DNA of 64,000 nt from a candidate division FCPU426 bacterium (GTDB taxonomy: Bacteria > Oederibacteriota > Muellerivitia > Muellerivitales > Muellerivitaceae): positions 7,781-71,780 of the forward strand of contig CAWHOE010000047.1 of assembly GCA_963830915.1 (NCBI GenBank), written 5' to 3'. Shown here piece after piece: positions 41,966 to 52,412 of this stretch. The notes below the pieces were generated by a model. It did no database searches and was not told the origin of the DNA. It saw only the letters and a list, made by a program, of their open reading frames with translations. Both the position numbers and the translations under genes were made by a program. How positions within the stretch are numbered: position 1 is the first letter of the stretch; the number at the start of each line of letters is the position of its first letter.

Positions 41966-44167
41966 ATGAAAAACAAACCCTTTTTATCCGTCGTCCCCAC
42001 GCCTTCCAGCCGGACCCAGAACGATCCCGAAGCTTTCCCATCCCAAGTCCGTCAGCCTTGGGAATGGGCTTGTCTCGTGGCCATCCTTTTACTGGCGGCC
42101 GGTTTGCGCCTATGGGGTCTGGAAAAGAACGGATTCGGGAACCCCTACTACGCCTCCGCGGTACGCAGCATGCTGATGAGCTGGCATAACTTCTTCTTCG
42201 TCTCCTTCGATCCCACCGGCTGGGTCACGGTGGACAAACCCCCGGTGGCCCTTTGGATCCAGGCGGCGTTCGCCAAGGTCCTGGGTTATAAGGCCTTCTC
42301 CCTCATCCTGCCCCAGGTCCTGGAAGGTCTGGGCTCCATCGCCCTGGTTCATCATTTGGTCCGGCGTCATTTCGACGCCTGGGCCGCCTTGATGGCCGGG
42401 CTGACCATGGCCCTCACCCCCGTCTGTGTGGCGGTCGACCGCTACAACAACGTGGACGCCTGCCTGGTGCTGATGGTCCTCTTGGCCGCCTGGCTCTTTT
42501 CCATCGCCGTCGAAACCTCCAACCGCTGGTACCTCATGGGCTCCATGGCCATGATGGGCGTGGCCTTCAACACCAAGATGATGGCGGCCTTCGTGGTCCT
42601 TCCCGCTTTCTATATCGTCTACTGGTTCGGCGCCAAGGTTTCCTGGGGCAAGCGTCTGGCGCACCTTGTCGTGGCGTCCCTGGTCCTGGCGGTCGTGTCC
42701 CTCTCCTGGCCCCTGACGGTGGACCTCACCGCTCCCGAAGACCGTCCCTTCGTGGGAAGCACCCAGGACAATTCCATGATCAGCCTTTCCCTGGGCTGGA
42801 ACGGGTTCCAAAGACTTCTTCGGGGCCGGGGGCGGGGCTTTCAAAGGCCGATGATGCCCCCGACCATTCCCGGCCAAGGGGTGACAGGTCAGCCGGCCCT
42901 TAGGGCAAACCAAAGACCGGACCGCAACTCCCGGCCAACAAGCGCTCAAGCCTCTCTTCCTCCAGCCAACCCCAACGGGTTCGGTCCCAGGCCGAACGGA
43001 GGCCGGGGGGGACGGGGCGGAATGATGGGTTCGGGCGAGCCGGGCATTACCCGGCTGGCGGACAGGAACATGGCGGGACAGATGGCCTGGTTCCTTCCCC
43101 TTGCCTTGGTAGGCCTCTTTTTGACCTGGGGCCAACGGCCTACCCTTTGGCCCTTGTCCTCCATCCATCGGCCCCTTTTGTTATGGGCCTGTTGGTTCTT
43201 GCTCTACGCGGCGGTTTTCAGTTTCATGCGGGGCGCCATGCATCCCTATTACTTGGTCCTGCTTGCCCCGCCTCTGGCGGCCTTGTCCGGTATCGGCTTG
43301 AGGACCCTATGGTTGGAAACCCTCTCGGGTAACCCCGATCTCCTTTCCCTGACCCTTTTACTGACCTTTGTCTGGCAGGCCTTCATCGTCGCCCAATTCC
43401 CCGACTGGGCTGTTTTGTTGCTTCCCATCCTCCTCGGATGCGGGGCCGCGGTCGTGGTCACCCTGACCGTCCAAGCCAAAACCAGCTCCATTGGCAAGGT
43501 AATATTTTCGTTGGGAATTGTGATACTCTTCTTTTGCCCCTTCCTCTGGGCCCTCTCTCCGGTCCTGGGCAGCGGCACGGCGGTTGAGGCCAATCCGGAC
43601 CTGTTAACCGGGGATACAGGTAGGTTTGACCGGGGCTTTGGCGCCAACAACAACATCACTCGGCTTTCCGAGTTCCTGAAAGCCAACCGTCATGGCGAGA
43701 AATACATCGTGGCGGCCCAGAACAGCCAGGCGGTAGCGCCCCTGATCATCCAAACCGGCGAGCCGGCCATCGCCCTGGGCGGGTTCATGGGAGGCGACCC
43801 GATCGTGACCGTTCATGAGTTCGCCGAAATGGTGAAGGAAGGCCAGGTCCGCTACTTCCTTCTTCAGGGTAACGGCGGTCCGGGCCAATGGGGTCAACCC
43901 GGCGGTCAGCAAAGGCCCGGCGGAAACGGCGGTTTTGGGGGATTTAACAGGGGCGGCGCGCAGGCCGAGATCGCCCAATGGGTGCGTGACAACGGAGTGC
44001 CGGTCGATGCTAAACTATGGCGGGTTGTGGACCCAAGGGAGACGGCTCAAGCACCCGTTCCCGGAGCCTTCGGCTTCAACCGCCGAGGCGCTCAACAGTT
44101 GTATGAATTGAAGAGTAGTAATAATCCGCTCCGGGGGAAAAAAACAAGGAGCAAGCTTACGGGCTGA
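41966..44167 (+). CDS. GT39/ArnT-family (PMT-like) membrane glycosyltransferase with Gly-rich C-terminal region
   Basis: Polytopic N-terminal domain with a DP motif in the first periplasmic loop (FDPTGWVTVDKPP) and PMT-like helices. C-terminal soluble domain. Confidence 0.7.
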   Translation: MKNKPFLSVVPTPSSRTQNDPEAFPSQVRQPWEWACLVAILLLAAGLRLWGLEKNGFGNPYYASAVRSMLMSWHNFFFVSFDPTGWVTVDKPPVALWIQAAFAKVLGYKAFSLILPQVLEGLGSIALVHHLVRRHFDAWAALMAGLTMALTPVCVAVDRYNNVDACLVLMVLLAAWLFSIAVETSNRWYLMGSMAMMGVAFNTKMMAAFVVLPAFYIVYWFGAKVSWGKRLAHLVVASLVLAVVSLSWPLTVDLTAPEDRPFVGSTQDNSMISLSLGWNGFQRLLRGRGRGFQRPMMPPTIPGQGVTGQPALRANQRPDRNSRPTSAQASLPPANPNGFGPRPNGGRGGRGGMMGSGEPGITRLADRNMAGQMAWFLPLALVGLFLTWGQRPTLWPLSSIHRPLLLWACWFLLYAAVFSFMRGAMHPYYLVLLAPPLAALSGIGLRTLWLETLSGNPDLLSLTLLLTFVWQAFIVAQFPDWAVLLLPILLGCGAAVVVTLTVQAKTSSIGKVIFSLGIVILFFCPFLWALSPVLGSGTAVEANPDLLTGDTGRFDRGFGANNNITRLSEFLKANRHGEKYIVAAQNSQAVAPLIIQTGEPAIALGGFMGGDPIVTVHEFAEMVKEGQVRYFLLQGNGGPGQWGQPGGQQRPGGNGGFGGFNRGGAQAEIAQWVRDNGVPVDAKLWRVVDPRETAQAPVPGAFGFNRRGAQQLYELKSSNNPLRGKKTRSKLTG

Positions 44168-44193
44168 ATAATTTCTTAAATTAAGGATTCGAT

Positions 44194-44925
44194 ATGAAAA
44201 TCACGCTGGTTATTGGCTTCACTCTCTCCCTCATGGGATGTTCCCTGCTCCACGCGGAGGATGCCGCTCCCCTGGGGGATCAACCGGTCACCATCGTGAA
44301 GCCTCCCTCGATCACCCTCAAAGAGAAAATATCCGACGGCGAGGGTTACAAAACACCCCGCCCACCCAAAAGAAACTTCGACGAAAAGTCATTGGACCTG
44401 GTGAACGATGAGGACCATTCCCCCAAGGGAGAACCCATTCTCAACCTGTCCGATCCGGCCATTTTCTCCCAGATCCAATCCATCGACAAAACCGAACATA
44501 TCTCCGGAAAGCATCACTGGCACAAATTCAACGCCTGGGATTATTGCCACTTCTATGAGGGCGGCAAGAACTGGTACGGCTGGCGTACAGGCGAGACTTT
44601 CCATTGGGTCCTTTATTTCAACAACCACCTTTGGTGGCACGATCCCTTCGCCGAGCGCTGGCTGTATTTCTACAAGGGTTACTGGTGGTGGCAGGGCGGC
44701 AAGGACCTTCAGGACACCCAGGTCTATCTGGAAGATGGGCATTATCACGTCTGCGCGCCCGACGGGGTCTTGGGCGAGGACCTTTGGACCAACGGGAAAA
44801 AGGATGTCGTGACCGAGCCTTTCAAGAAAGAACCGACCCGCGAGCCCCTCACCGACTCTCCCGGCCATGACGGCCACGGAACTGGCTTGGGCGGCGGGCT
44901 GAATAGTAATCGCTTCGGGAATTAA
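44194..44925 (+). CDS. Trp-rich lipoprotein, hypothetical
   Basis: Lipobox LMGCS and a W/H/Y-rich core (HWHKFNAWDYCHFYEGGKNWYGWR...). Confidence 0.45.
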   Translation: MKITLVIGFTLSLMGCSLLHAEDAAPLGDQPVTIVKPPSITLKEKISDGEGYKTPRPPKRNFDEKSLDLVNDEDHSPKGEPILNLSDPAIFSQIQSIDKTEHISGKHHWHKFNAWDYCHFYEGGKNWYGWRTGETFHWVLYFNNHLWWHDPFAERWLYFYKGYWWWQGGKDLQDTQVYLEDGHYHVCAPDGVLGEDLWTNGKKDVVTEPFKKEPTREPLTDSPGHDGHGTGLGGGLNSNRFGN

Positions 44926-44945
44926 GGCTGGACGGAGGTACGGGC

Positions 44946-45278
44946 ATGAAGATCAATAACAGCAATTTCTTGAAGAATTTCGGTCCCACCCCGGAACAAC
45001 TGCAAAAGGCCCTGCAAGCCGACCAAGCCGCGAAGAACCTTCGGGGCGAATCCATCATGGCGGATAAACTGAAGAAATACAGTGAACTGACCGATATCGC
45101 CGCCCGCAAGGTCATCCAAGAAGGCCCGGAAGGGGTCCGGGATGAAAAGGAAGCGCCTCCGAAGGAATTCGGCAAAAAGAAGGACCGGAACGGAACCGAT
45201 CAAGAAAGTTCGGGTCCGGACGACGAGGATTTTCCTCCCCCTCCCCCCGGCACCTCCCGTATCGACATCAGGGTTTAA
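44946..45278 (+). CDS. hypothetical protein
   Basis: 110-aa charged, low-complexity C-terminus. Confidence 0.3.
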   Translation: MKINNSNFLKNFGPTPEQLQKALQADQAAKNLRGESIMADKLKKYSELTDIAARKVIQEGPEGVRDEKEAPPKEFGKKKDRNGTDQESSGPDDEDFPPPPPGTSRIDIRV

Positions 45279-45425
45279 ACCTTCTATATCTTAAATGAGC
45301 TTATCCCTTTTCCATGGATGGGCCAGGCCAACCCTTTAATAATTCGAGCCTTTTCAGGCGTTTTTTCGGCTTCAGAAAACCTCAAAAGTGCCGTTAGGGT
45401 AACCAAGAAAGACGGAGGTTAACCC

Positions 45426-45914
45426 ATGATCAGCGGCACCAATCCCATCAGTAACAACAATTCCCTTTTATCCAACAGCAGTACCGATTCCTTGTTGAGC
45501 GCTTTGGGTGGGTCAACGAGTTTCGATTCCATCTTCACCCAGGCCATGAACCAGGCCAAAACCCCCGCCGCGAAGATGCAGGACGCCCTGTTGGAAGTTC
45601 AATACAACGACTTGAACGCCCTTTACAACGCGGTCTCGGGTGATAGTTCGGACGATTCTTCCGATCCGCTCCTGAGTTCCTCCACCGATTCGCTGGCCCT
45701 GGACCTGGGTTCGGTTTCTTCGCAGGTGAGCCAGCTGGAGCAGGAATTGGGAATAACCCCCTCGACCTCCGGCACCTCGTCCTCTTCCAGCGCCTCTTCC
45801 GCTTCCAATATGAACGCGGCCTTGGGGTTGCAGGCCCAAATGCTCTTGAACAACGACCTGGCCAACTTCGGGTCGTCTTCGGACTCTAGTTCAGGGATCG
45901 ACTCATTGGTGTAA
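45426..45914 (+). CDS. Ser-rich hypothetical protein
   Basis: 162 aa, 30% Ser; an amphipathic segment QVSQLEQEL. Confidence 0.35.
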   Translation: MISGTNPISNNNSLLSNSSTDSLLSALGGSTSFDSIFTQAMNQAKTPAAKMQDALLEVQYNDLNALYNAVSGDSSDDSSDPLLSSSTDSLALDLGSVSSQVSQLEQELGITPSTSGTSSSSSASSASNMNAALGLQAQMLLNNDLANFGSSSDSSSGIDSLV

Positions 45915-46104
45915 AACTTCTAAGGGAATAAAAGGCGCGCGATCCGGATGAAGCCATCAGGGTCCGCGCCTTTTTTATTTTCTGTTTTTTTTGAAAGTCT
46001 TTGAAAGGAGCAACCCCCGGTTTTCGATCATTTGTTATCGATCAAACCCGCCAAGGGTCGCTAGCGTACAGGCTGTCTTTATTTATTTTCGCTAACCAGG
46101 CTGG

Positions 46105-46701
46105 TTACAAACCCACCCAAAGCCCAGCCACGATCGGCACGTCCCCCAGGGTGACATCCTGGGTGAGGGTCAGGTTGTACCTGGCCTCCAAGAAAAGGTG
46201 GCTTTTGCCGCCCAGGTCCAACTGCGCCCCAACACCCGCCAAAGCGTCGGCGTTCGTGGTGGATTCCCCGCTCGGGCTTCCGTATTGCAAGGCAAACCCC
46301 GGACCGGCCAGGAGGTAAGGCTGCCATCCCTGCCCCTCAAAGGTATATTTCACTTCCAGCAGGAACCGAGGGTTGGTGTCCGAAAAGCCGCCACCCGTGA
46401 AAATCCACTGGTCGGCTTCGCCCCTCAGGGAAAGGTTCTTGTCCAGCTTGTAGCCGATGAACTCCACCCCTCCGCCGCCCACCTGGTAATTCGGATCCCA
46501 GTTGGAATCGGCTAGATCCGGCCCAGTCCCGAACCCGATGGACCAGGGGCTTTCTTCCATATCCGGAGCGGCCGTTGTTTCACTGCCGGTATCCACGGTT
46601 TTCGCGGCTTTCGGCCTTTTGCTGGAGGCGTAAAGGGTGTCGGCCCAGGCGCCCGCGGAAATGAATAAGCTGATGGCTAAACAACCAAGGATGACTTTTT
46701 T
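46105..46701 (-). CDS. outer-membrane beta-barrel protein (OmpA-N/OmpW-like)
   Basis: Signal peptide MKKVILGCLAISLFISAGAWA, alternating beta-strand pattern and a terminal aromatic residue (WVGL). Confidence 0.55.
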   Translation of the reverse strand, partial: KKVILGCLAISLFISAGAWADTLYASSKRPKAAKTVDTGSETTAAPDMEESPWSIGFGTGPDLADSNWDPNYQVGGGGVEFIGYKLDKNLSLRGEADQWIFTGGGFSDTNPRFLLEVKYTFEGQGWQPYLLAGPGFALQYGSPSGESTTNADALAGVGAQLDLGGKSHLFLEARYNLTLTQDVTLGDVPIVAGLWVGL

Positions 46702-46703
46702 CA

Positions 46704-47792
46704 TCAGGGCGTCTCCCACACATCGCTGTTATCATATGAGAGGCTTGTTCCGGCTATGACCCACATTTCGTTATTGAACGCCAAAGAGGTGAAACTATCC
46801 CTCGGCGAGAAAGCCGCGTCAGTGGCGGCTTTGGTCCAGGTCGAACCATTGCTGGAATACCACACGTCGTTGTAATAATCCGTCCCATTGGTCCCGCCGA
46901 TGACCCACATGAGGTTGTCATACACAACCGCGCTGAAAGCATAGCGCTGGCTGAATTGGTTGGGCCCGGGTGTGGAAGTATTGGCCAGGACTTTGGTCCA
47001 AACCTTTCCATCCGATGAGGACCAAACATCGTTAAAGAAGTTACTATAAATTCCACCGATGACCCACATTTGATTGTTGTATACCAAGCAACCCTGGGCG
47101 TTGCGCTGGCTGAATTGGGTCGATCCCGGCGAATTATTGTTGGCCAATACCTGGGTCCATGTCACCCCGTTGCTCGAACTCCATACGTCGTTTGTATGAC
47201 CGGTAGAAGAACCGTAACCCCCAATGACCCACATTTCATTATTGAATACCAGGGAGGCGTGGCCCTGGCGGCGGCTGAACTGTGTGGCTCCCGGGGACCC
47301 AGTATCGTTGAGAACCTGGGTCCAGGTCGCGCCGTCGGGCGAGGACCAAACATCGTTCAAGTAACCCCCGGAATTTTCCCCGCCAATGACCCACATTTGG
47401 TTATTGAACACTACGGAAGAGTGGGTTAATCGTTCGGTAAATTGCGTGCTCGGCGGCGTGGAATTGTCGGTGACCGCCGCGGTCCAATTCACGCCATCCC
47501 GTGAATACCACACGTCGTTTAAAGCATAGGTTGAAATGGTTTCCCCGCCGATCACCCACATTAGGTTGTCGAATGTCACGGACGAATGCCCGTCACGGGC
47601 GATAAAAGGAGAATAGGCCGATGTCTGAAACCAGAACTTGCCCGCGTTAGGATTGGGCGTTGGGGCGGCTTGCGCGGCCGGCGCGGTGACGGCATTTGAG
47701 AGATTTTTACCGCAGGCGATGGGCAACGCCATCACGCCCAATGCCAAGAACGCCAATAAGGAAAACCCGGAATAACTTCCGAAACTTCTCAT
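46704..47792 (-). CDS. Kelch-like beta-propeller lipoprotein
   Basis: Signal and lipobox (..GVMALPIACG), then seven ~48-aa repeats NDVWSS.DG..WT.V....P....F..R..H.S.VFNN.MWVIGG. Confidence 0.6.
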   Translation of the reverse strand: MRSFGSYSGFSLLAFLALGVMALPIACGKNLSNAVTAPAAQAAPTPNPNAGKFWFQTSAYSPFIARDGHSSVTFDNLMWVIGGETISTYALNDVWYSRDGVNWTAAVTDNSTPPSTQFTERLTHSSVVFNNQMWVIGGENSGGYLNDVWSSPDGATWTQVLNDTGSPGATQFSRRQGHASLVFNNEMWVIGGYGSSTGHTNDVWSSSNGVTWTQVLANNNSPGSTQFSQRNAQGCLVYNNQMWVIGGIYSNFFNDVWSSSDGKVWTKVLANTSTPGPNQFSQRYAFSAVVYDNLMWVIGGTNGTDYYNDVWYSSNGSTWTKAATDAAFSPRDSFTSLAFNNEMWVIAGTSLSYDNSDVWETP

Positions 47793-48153
47793 ACATGCTC
47801 CTTTTGAATAATGTTTTTCATAACCGCGCAACAACCACATAACCAAATCTTTTCCGCCGTTTCTCTTGTCGACCCATTCTTAAAGCCCTTAATGTTGGCG
47901 GAATTTTACAACCAACATTTGGGAACTCAAGTTACTTTTACGTAACTCTAAGATTTGAAGAATGGGTTTATCGAGAAAGAACTAAATTTCGATCAGGGAA
48001 AACGAACTAACAAAATGCCAAAAGTAAATGATGGAACAAGATTACATTTTGATTTTTATTTTTTTCTCTGAGGTGAGCGGTTTTTTTCTTTAGGTGTTTT
48101 TTTTTAGCCGATTTAACCTCGGTTTTGCCGTAACTAGAAGGTTATCTTTTCGC

Positions 48154-48347
48154 TGTGCCGATTCTCCAAAATAATAGATGCATAAGAAATCGGTACTATA
48201 CCGACTTCCTTAAAAGCTTTATTGAAAGGTCCCTTGCGTTGAGGCTTCAAGCCGAAACGCTCGATTTAGTTGTGCCGGGCCCATAGATAAATAGGCCCGG
48301 CCATGGCATGTGCCGATTCTCCAAAATAATAGATGTATAAGAAATCG
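48154..48347. repeat. two 39-nt direct repeats (1 mismatch) flanking a GC hairpin
   Basis: TGTGCCGATTCTCCAAAATAATAGATG(C/T)ATAAGAAATCG at 48154-48192 and 48309-48347. Hairpin GCCGGGCC..GGCCCGGC at 48273-48300. Confidence 0.6.
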
Positions 48348-48392
48348 AAGAAGTAATCCGGGAATTCTCCCCACAAAACCCGTCAAAAAAAA

Positions 48393-48427
48393 TTAGCCGG
48401 GCGGAAACCGCCCGGCTAAAGGGTCTC
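48393..48427 (-). terminator. rho-independent terminator of the Met-rich gene
   Basis: Minus strand: AGCCGGGCGGtttcCGCCCGGCT followed by AATTTTTTTT. Confidence 0.7.
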
Positions 48428-48440
48428 AACTCCGATCTTT

Positions 48441-48680
48441 TTACTTGGCCATCGGCGTCGGGTCCATGGGTTTGGACATTTCCATATTCCCGCCCATGTC
48501 CTTTTTCATCGCCTTCTTCTTTTTCATCTTCTTCATTTTCTTCTTCATCATCATCGCCCCAGGCGTGCTGGCAGGGGCCATGGCGTTGGGGGTGGCCGCC
48601 ATCATGGCTTCATCCGCCCAAACCAACCCGTTCAATCCCAAAAACATCGCGGCCAACGACACAACCAATATCCTCTTCAT
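48441..48680 (-). CDS. small secreted Met/Lys-rich protein (MXKDX-repeat-like)
   Basis: Signal peptide MKRILVVSLAAMFLGLNGLVWA, then AMMAATPNAMAPASTPGAMMMKKKMKKMKKKKAMKKDMGGNMEMSKPMDPTPMAK. The mature part is 17 Met in 58 aa. Confidence 0.55.
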   Translation of the reverse strand: MKRILVVSLAAMFLGLNGLVWADEAMMAATPNAMAPASTPGAMMMKKKMKKMKKKKAMKKDMGGNMEMSKPMDPTPMAK

Positions 48681-48757
48681 GAAAAACCTCCTTGAATTTA
48701 ATGTTGAACAACCGCTACTCCCATGGACCCTGGGGCCCACGGCCTCCCCGAACCCGT

Positions 48758-50488
48758 TCAGCCGAAAGTAAAGGCGTAAACAGAAGTCCCAGGGTCGTCG
48801 AACTCGATACGCAGGCGGTGGGAACCGGGTTTTCCTTTCAAATCCGCCAGGTTGTACAGCCGATGGGTGTCCAGCGTGACCTTCCCGTCACTCACATCCG
48901 CCCCGCCATTCCCGCCCAGGGGTTTGCCGTCAAGAAAAAGGGAAAGATGGTCCCCCTTGTTCGCCGGACCGATCACCAGGTAGACCTTGTCCGCCGTGAA
49001 TTGGATCTCCAGGGCCGACCCTTGGTCCGGCTTGGCCGCCTCATCGCTCAAGGTCCAGGCTCCCTCATAGGCGATCTGGTGGGCCGGAAGGGCCGCCGGG
49101 AGGGTATAGACCTTTTTCCCGGCCGCTGGCTTTTGTGGGGAGGCGAAACGCTCCAGACGGTCCAAACCCAGATAGGATTCGGGCGTCTGGTCGTAGGTCT
49201 CGGCGGGGGCCTGCGCCAGGGCGGCGGCCCCATCCACGGGGTGGCCAGCCTCGGCCAGAAGCTGGCGTATGGCTGCGTCCATTTCCTCGTAATGGCCCTC
49301 GCCGAAATGGGCCAGGCGGATATGCCCCTTGGCGTCGATCAGGTACTCGGCGGGCCAGTACATGTTCTGGTAGGCGGCCCAGGTCTTGAAATCATTGTCC
49401 TGGGGGACCGGGTAGGTGATGTCGAACTGTTTCAATGCCTTTTGGACGTTGGCCGTTTCCTTCTCGAAGGCGAATTCCGGCGCGTGCACGCCGATGAGGA
49501 CGAAATGGTCCGGGCCGTACTTTTCATACCAAGCCTTCGTGTTAGGCAGGGTCCTGAGGCAATTGACGCAGCTGTAGGTCCAAAAATCCACCAGGACCAC
49601 TTTGCCCCTCAGGCCAGCCAGGGTCAAAGGCGGGCTGTTGAGCCAGTTCGTGATGCCGGTAAATTCCGGCGCGGGCCCCAAGTCAGCGAGCTGGCCTCCC
49701 ATCGCGATGGTTTCCTGGCGGGCCTTGGTTCCCCGGAGGGCGTCCAGCTGTTGGCTGACGATCTGGTTGTTTTCAACCCCCTCCACCAGGTTCCCATAGG
49801 AAGGAAAGGCCTCCAGGATCTTCAGTTGGATGGTCTTGTCGTAATTGGTGTAGATCAGAAGCGCCACGGCGATCATGACGACGCCGAAGGCCTGCTGGAT
49901 GAGCCCCGTATATTGATTCACCTGCCGCATTTTAGCGAAGAGGACCGAGCCGCCCAGGGATACCAGGAAGAGCGGTATCCCCAGCCCTACCGAGTAGGCC
50001 AGGGTCACCAGGACCACCTGAAAGCTGACCGATTGGGCGGCGGCCAGGGTGGCGATGGTGGCCAGGATCGGGCCCGCGCAGGGCGCCCAGACCAGGCCGA
50101 TGGAAAAACCCGCCACATAACCGGCGCCGAACCCCGTGCCTTCGCCCTTCCCTTGCAGGCGGTTTTGAAGGGGCCGAAGGACGTTGTTGATCCAGGTCTC
50201 GAACCTCGCGCCCAAGGACGGGAATAAAAGCGCCACTCCCAGCAGGCCGATGATGATGACCGCCGCCAGGCGGAAAACATTGGCGTCGATGTGCAGGAAA
50301 CGCTCCAGGTAGGAAACGAACAGGGTGAAGAGCGTAAAACTGGTCATCACGCCTAGCGTCAAACCGAAGGGTTTTCTTTTTCCCCCGGTGGAGGAAACCG
50401 AAAGGACCAGGGGCAGGAGCGGCCAGATACAAGGCGCCAGGATGGTGGCGAAACCAGCCAGAAAGCTGAAGAAGAGAAGAAATATCAT
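48758..50488 (-). CDS. DipZ-like protein: CcdA/DsbD membrane domain + thioredoxin-like domain + C-terminal beta domain
   Basis: CcdA motif ILAPCIWPLLP; a second conserved Cys in TM4 (WAPCAGP); thioredoxin CxxC (WTYSCVNC); about 150 aa extra C-terminal domain, as in mycobacterial DipZ. Confidence 0.75.
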   Translation of the reverse strand: MIFLLFFSFLAGFATILAPCIWPLLPLVLSVSSTGGKRKPFGLTLGVMTSFTLFTLFVSYLERFLHIDANVFRLAAVIIIGLLGVALLFPSLGARFETWINNVLRPLQNRLQGKGEGTGFGAGYVAGFSIGLVWAPCAGPILATIATLAAAQSVSFQVVLVTLAYSVGLGIPLFLVSLGGSVLFAKMRQVNQYTGLIQQAFGVVMIAVALLIYTNYDKTIQLKILEAFPSYGNLVEGVENNQIVSQQLDALRGTKARQETIAMGGQLADLGPAPEFTGITNWLNSPPLTLAGLRGKVVLVDFWTYSCVNCLRTLPNTKAWYEKYGPDHFVLIGVHAPEFAFEKETANVQKALKQFDITYPVPQDNDFKTWAAYQNMYWPAEYLIDAKGHIRLAHFGEGHYEEMDAAIRQLLAEAGHPVDGAAALAQAPAETYDQTPESYLGLDRLERFASPQKPAAGKKVYTLPAALPAHQIAYEGAWTLSDEAAKPDQGSALEIQFTADKVYLVIGPANKGDHLSLFLDGKPLGGNGGADVSDGKVTLDTHRLYNLADLKGKPGSHRLRIEFDDPGTSVYAFTFG

Positions 50489-50545
50489 GGTAAGACCCTT
50501 TCTTATTTACGGAAGATAACTACTGTCGGCCAAGCGCCCAGGCGC

Positions 50546-51613
50546 TCACTTCTCGAAAAGCTTTTTATATTTACCGTAACCTTCTTTTTCCAGATCCTCT
50601 TTGGGGATGAACCTCAAGGACGCGGAGTTCATGCAGTAACGCAGGCCCGTGGGGGCCGGCCCGTCATCGAACACATGCCCCAGGTGAGAATCGGCGTGCT
50701 TGCTCCTCACCTCGGTCCTTACCTCAAAAAAAGAGCTGTCTTTCTTTTCCACCACATTGTCCGGTTCCAAGGGCCGGGTAAAGCTGGGCCAGCCCGTCCC
50801 GGAATCGAACTTATCCTTGGAGCTGAATAGCGGTTCCCCGGAAACGATATCCACGTAGATCCCTTCCTGATGGTTGTCCCAATACTCGTTCTTGAAGGGT
50901 GTTTCCGTGCCGCTTTCCTGGGTCACCTCGTACTGCAGGCTGGTCAGGCGCTTTTTGATCTCGTCCTGGCTTGGCTTCTTATAGGAAGATTCGCCCTTGT
51001 CATCGCTAAGGGCCGGCGAGTCGCCCCAGACGCCCTGGATATACTCGTCACGGCCAGCGTGGGACCGGTAGGAATAATAATCCTCGGGGTTCTTCTTGTA
51101 GTAATCCTGGTGGTAATCCTCGGCTTTGTAAAAGGTCGAGGCCTTGAGGATCTCCACCACGATCGGCTTGTCGAATTTCCCCGACTTCGCCAGCTTTTCC
51201 ATCGACCTCTCCGCCGCTTGTTTTTGTTCCTCATCGGCGTAAAAGATCACGGGCCGGTACTGGTGGCCCCGGTCCACGAATTGACCGCCGTCATCTGTCG
51301 GATCGATCTGCCTCCAATAGACGTCCAGAAGCTCCGAATAACTGATCACGGAAGGGTCATAAACGACCTGGACCACTTCCGCGTGTCCCTTTTCCTTATA
51401 ATCCTCATAGGTGGGGTTCTCGCCCTGGCCGCCCATATAACCAGCCAGCACTTCCTTCACCCCCTTGAGCTTTTCAAAGGGAGGGGTCATGCACCAGAAA
51501 CAGCCGCCCGCGAAGACCGCTTTCTCGTATTTACCCTCGTCGGCAAAGGCCATCGCGCCAGTCAGGATAAAGACCAGGAAAAACGATGATAAGAAAGGTA
51601 TGTAACTTTTCAT
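50546..51613 (-). CDS. msrAB: periplasmic bifunctional methionine sulfoxide reductase MsrA-MsrB
   Basis: Signal peptide. MsrA GGCFWCM active site. Msr[11 protein letters not shown]...RYCMNSASL active site. Confidence 0.9.
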   Translation of the reverse strand: MKSYIPFLSSFFLVFILTGAMAFADEGKYEKAVFAGGCFWCMTPPFEKLKGVKEVLAGYMGGQGENPTYEDYKEKGHAEVVQVVYDPSVISYSELLDVYWRQIDPTDDGGQFVDRGHQYRPVIFYADEEQKQAAERSMEKLAKSGKFDKPIVVEILKASTFYKAEDYHQDYYKKNPEDYYSYRSHAGRDEYIQGVWGDSPALSDDKGESSYKKPSQDEIKKRLTSLQYEVTQESGTETPFKNEYWDNHQEGIYVDIVSGEPLFSSKDKFDSGTGWPSFTRPLEPDNVVEKKDSSFFEVRTEVRSKHADSHLGHVFDDGPAPTGLRYCMNSASLRFIPKEDLEKEGYGKYKKLFEK

Positions 51614-51827
51614 TTTCGAGACTCCTTCCCGCTAGAAACCTTTCGTTTCCCCCGGGTTATTTGATGAACAAGAGAGCGATCCTGGGATCGCCCCTTCTTT
51701 GTTTCGGATTAGTCGTTGGACCCCCCGAATCCTTACAGGCCGGTTAACCTTTTTTTCTTCCGTCCATGACCCTGCCTTTACCAGCGGTTGCCTATAAAAA
51801 ACCGGGCCTTTCTGCTAGATTTGAGCC

Positions 51828-52412
51828 ATGCTTTCAACCCCTGAAAACTGGATCGATCTCCACGGCGATATCCTTTACCGTTACGCCTTGTCCCGGGTGG
51901 GCAAGCCGGAAATCGCGGAGGACCTGGTGCAGGAGGCCCTGCTGGCGGCCCTGCAAAACGCCAAAAGCTTTTTAGGGGGGTCCTCGGAGAGGACCTGGCT
52001 GATCAGCATCCTGAAGCGCAAGATCATCGACCATTTCCGTAAAACGGGCCGGGAAAAGCCCCTCTCCGGGTCGGAGGAAGCGCGCTTGTCCTATGAAGAC
52101 GGCGGTTATTTCGATGAGACAGGGCATTGGAAAAACATCCAGGAATGGGGTTCCCTGCCCTCGGATATCCTTGAGGACAAGGAGTTTTGGCGGGTCTTGA
52201 GCGGTTGTTTGGACAAACTGCCCCTGCGTATGCGCCAGGTCTTTCTACTGAGCGAGCAGGACGGCCTGAAGGGCAAGGAAGTTTGTAAGGTTTTGGGCCT
52301 GAGCCCGTCTAACTTATGGGTATTACTGCACAGGGCCAAGAACGGCTTGCGGCAATGCCTGGAAACCAACTGGTTCGATTTCTTGACGGTTCATAAAGAG
52401 CGCAAATCATGA
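51828..52412 (+). CDS. ECF (sigma-70 family group IV) sigma factor
   Basis: Region 2 (DLVQEALLAALQN) and region 4 HTH (LPLRMRQVFLLSEQDGLKGKEVCKVLGLSPSNLWVLLHRAKNGLRQ). Confidence 0.85.
   Translation: MLSTPENWIDLHGDILYRYALSRVGKPEIAEDLVQEALLAALQNAKSFLGGSSERTWLISILKRKIIDHFRKTGREKPLSGSEEARLSYEDGGYFDETGHWKNIQEWGSLPSDILEDKEFWRVLSGCLDKLPLRMRQVFLLSEQDGLKGKEVCKVLGLSPSNLWVLLHRAKNGLRQCLETNWFDFLTVHKERKS

Noticed and set aside
51614-51827. Explicit ECF promoter call upstream of msrAB and the sigma gene
   Set aside because: A candidate AAC...CGTC pair exists (GGTTAACC-N12-CGTCC), but the spacing is shorter than the usual 16-17 nt. It is not claimed as a feature.
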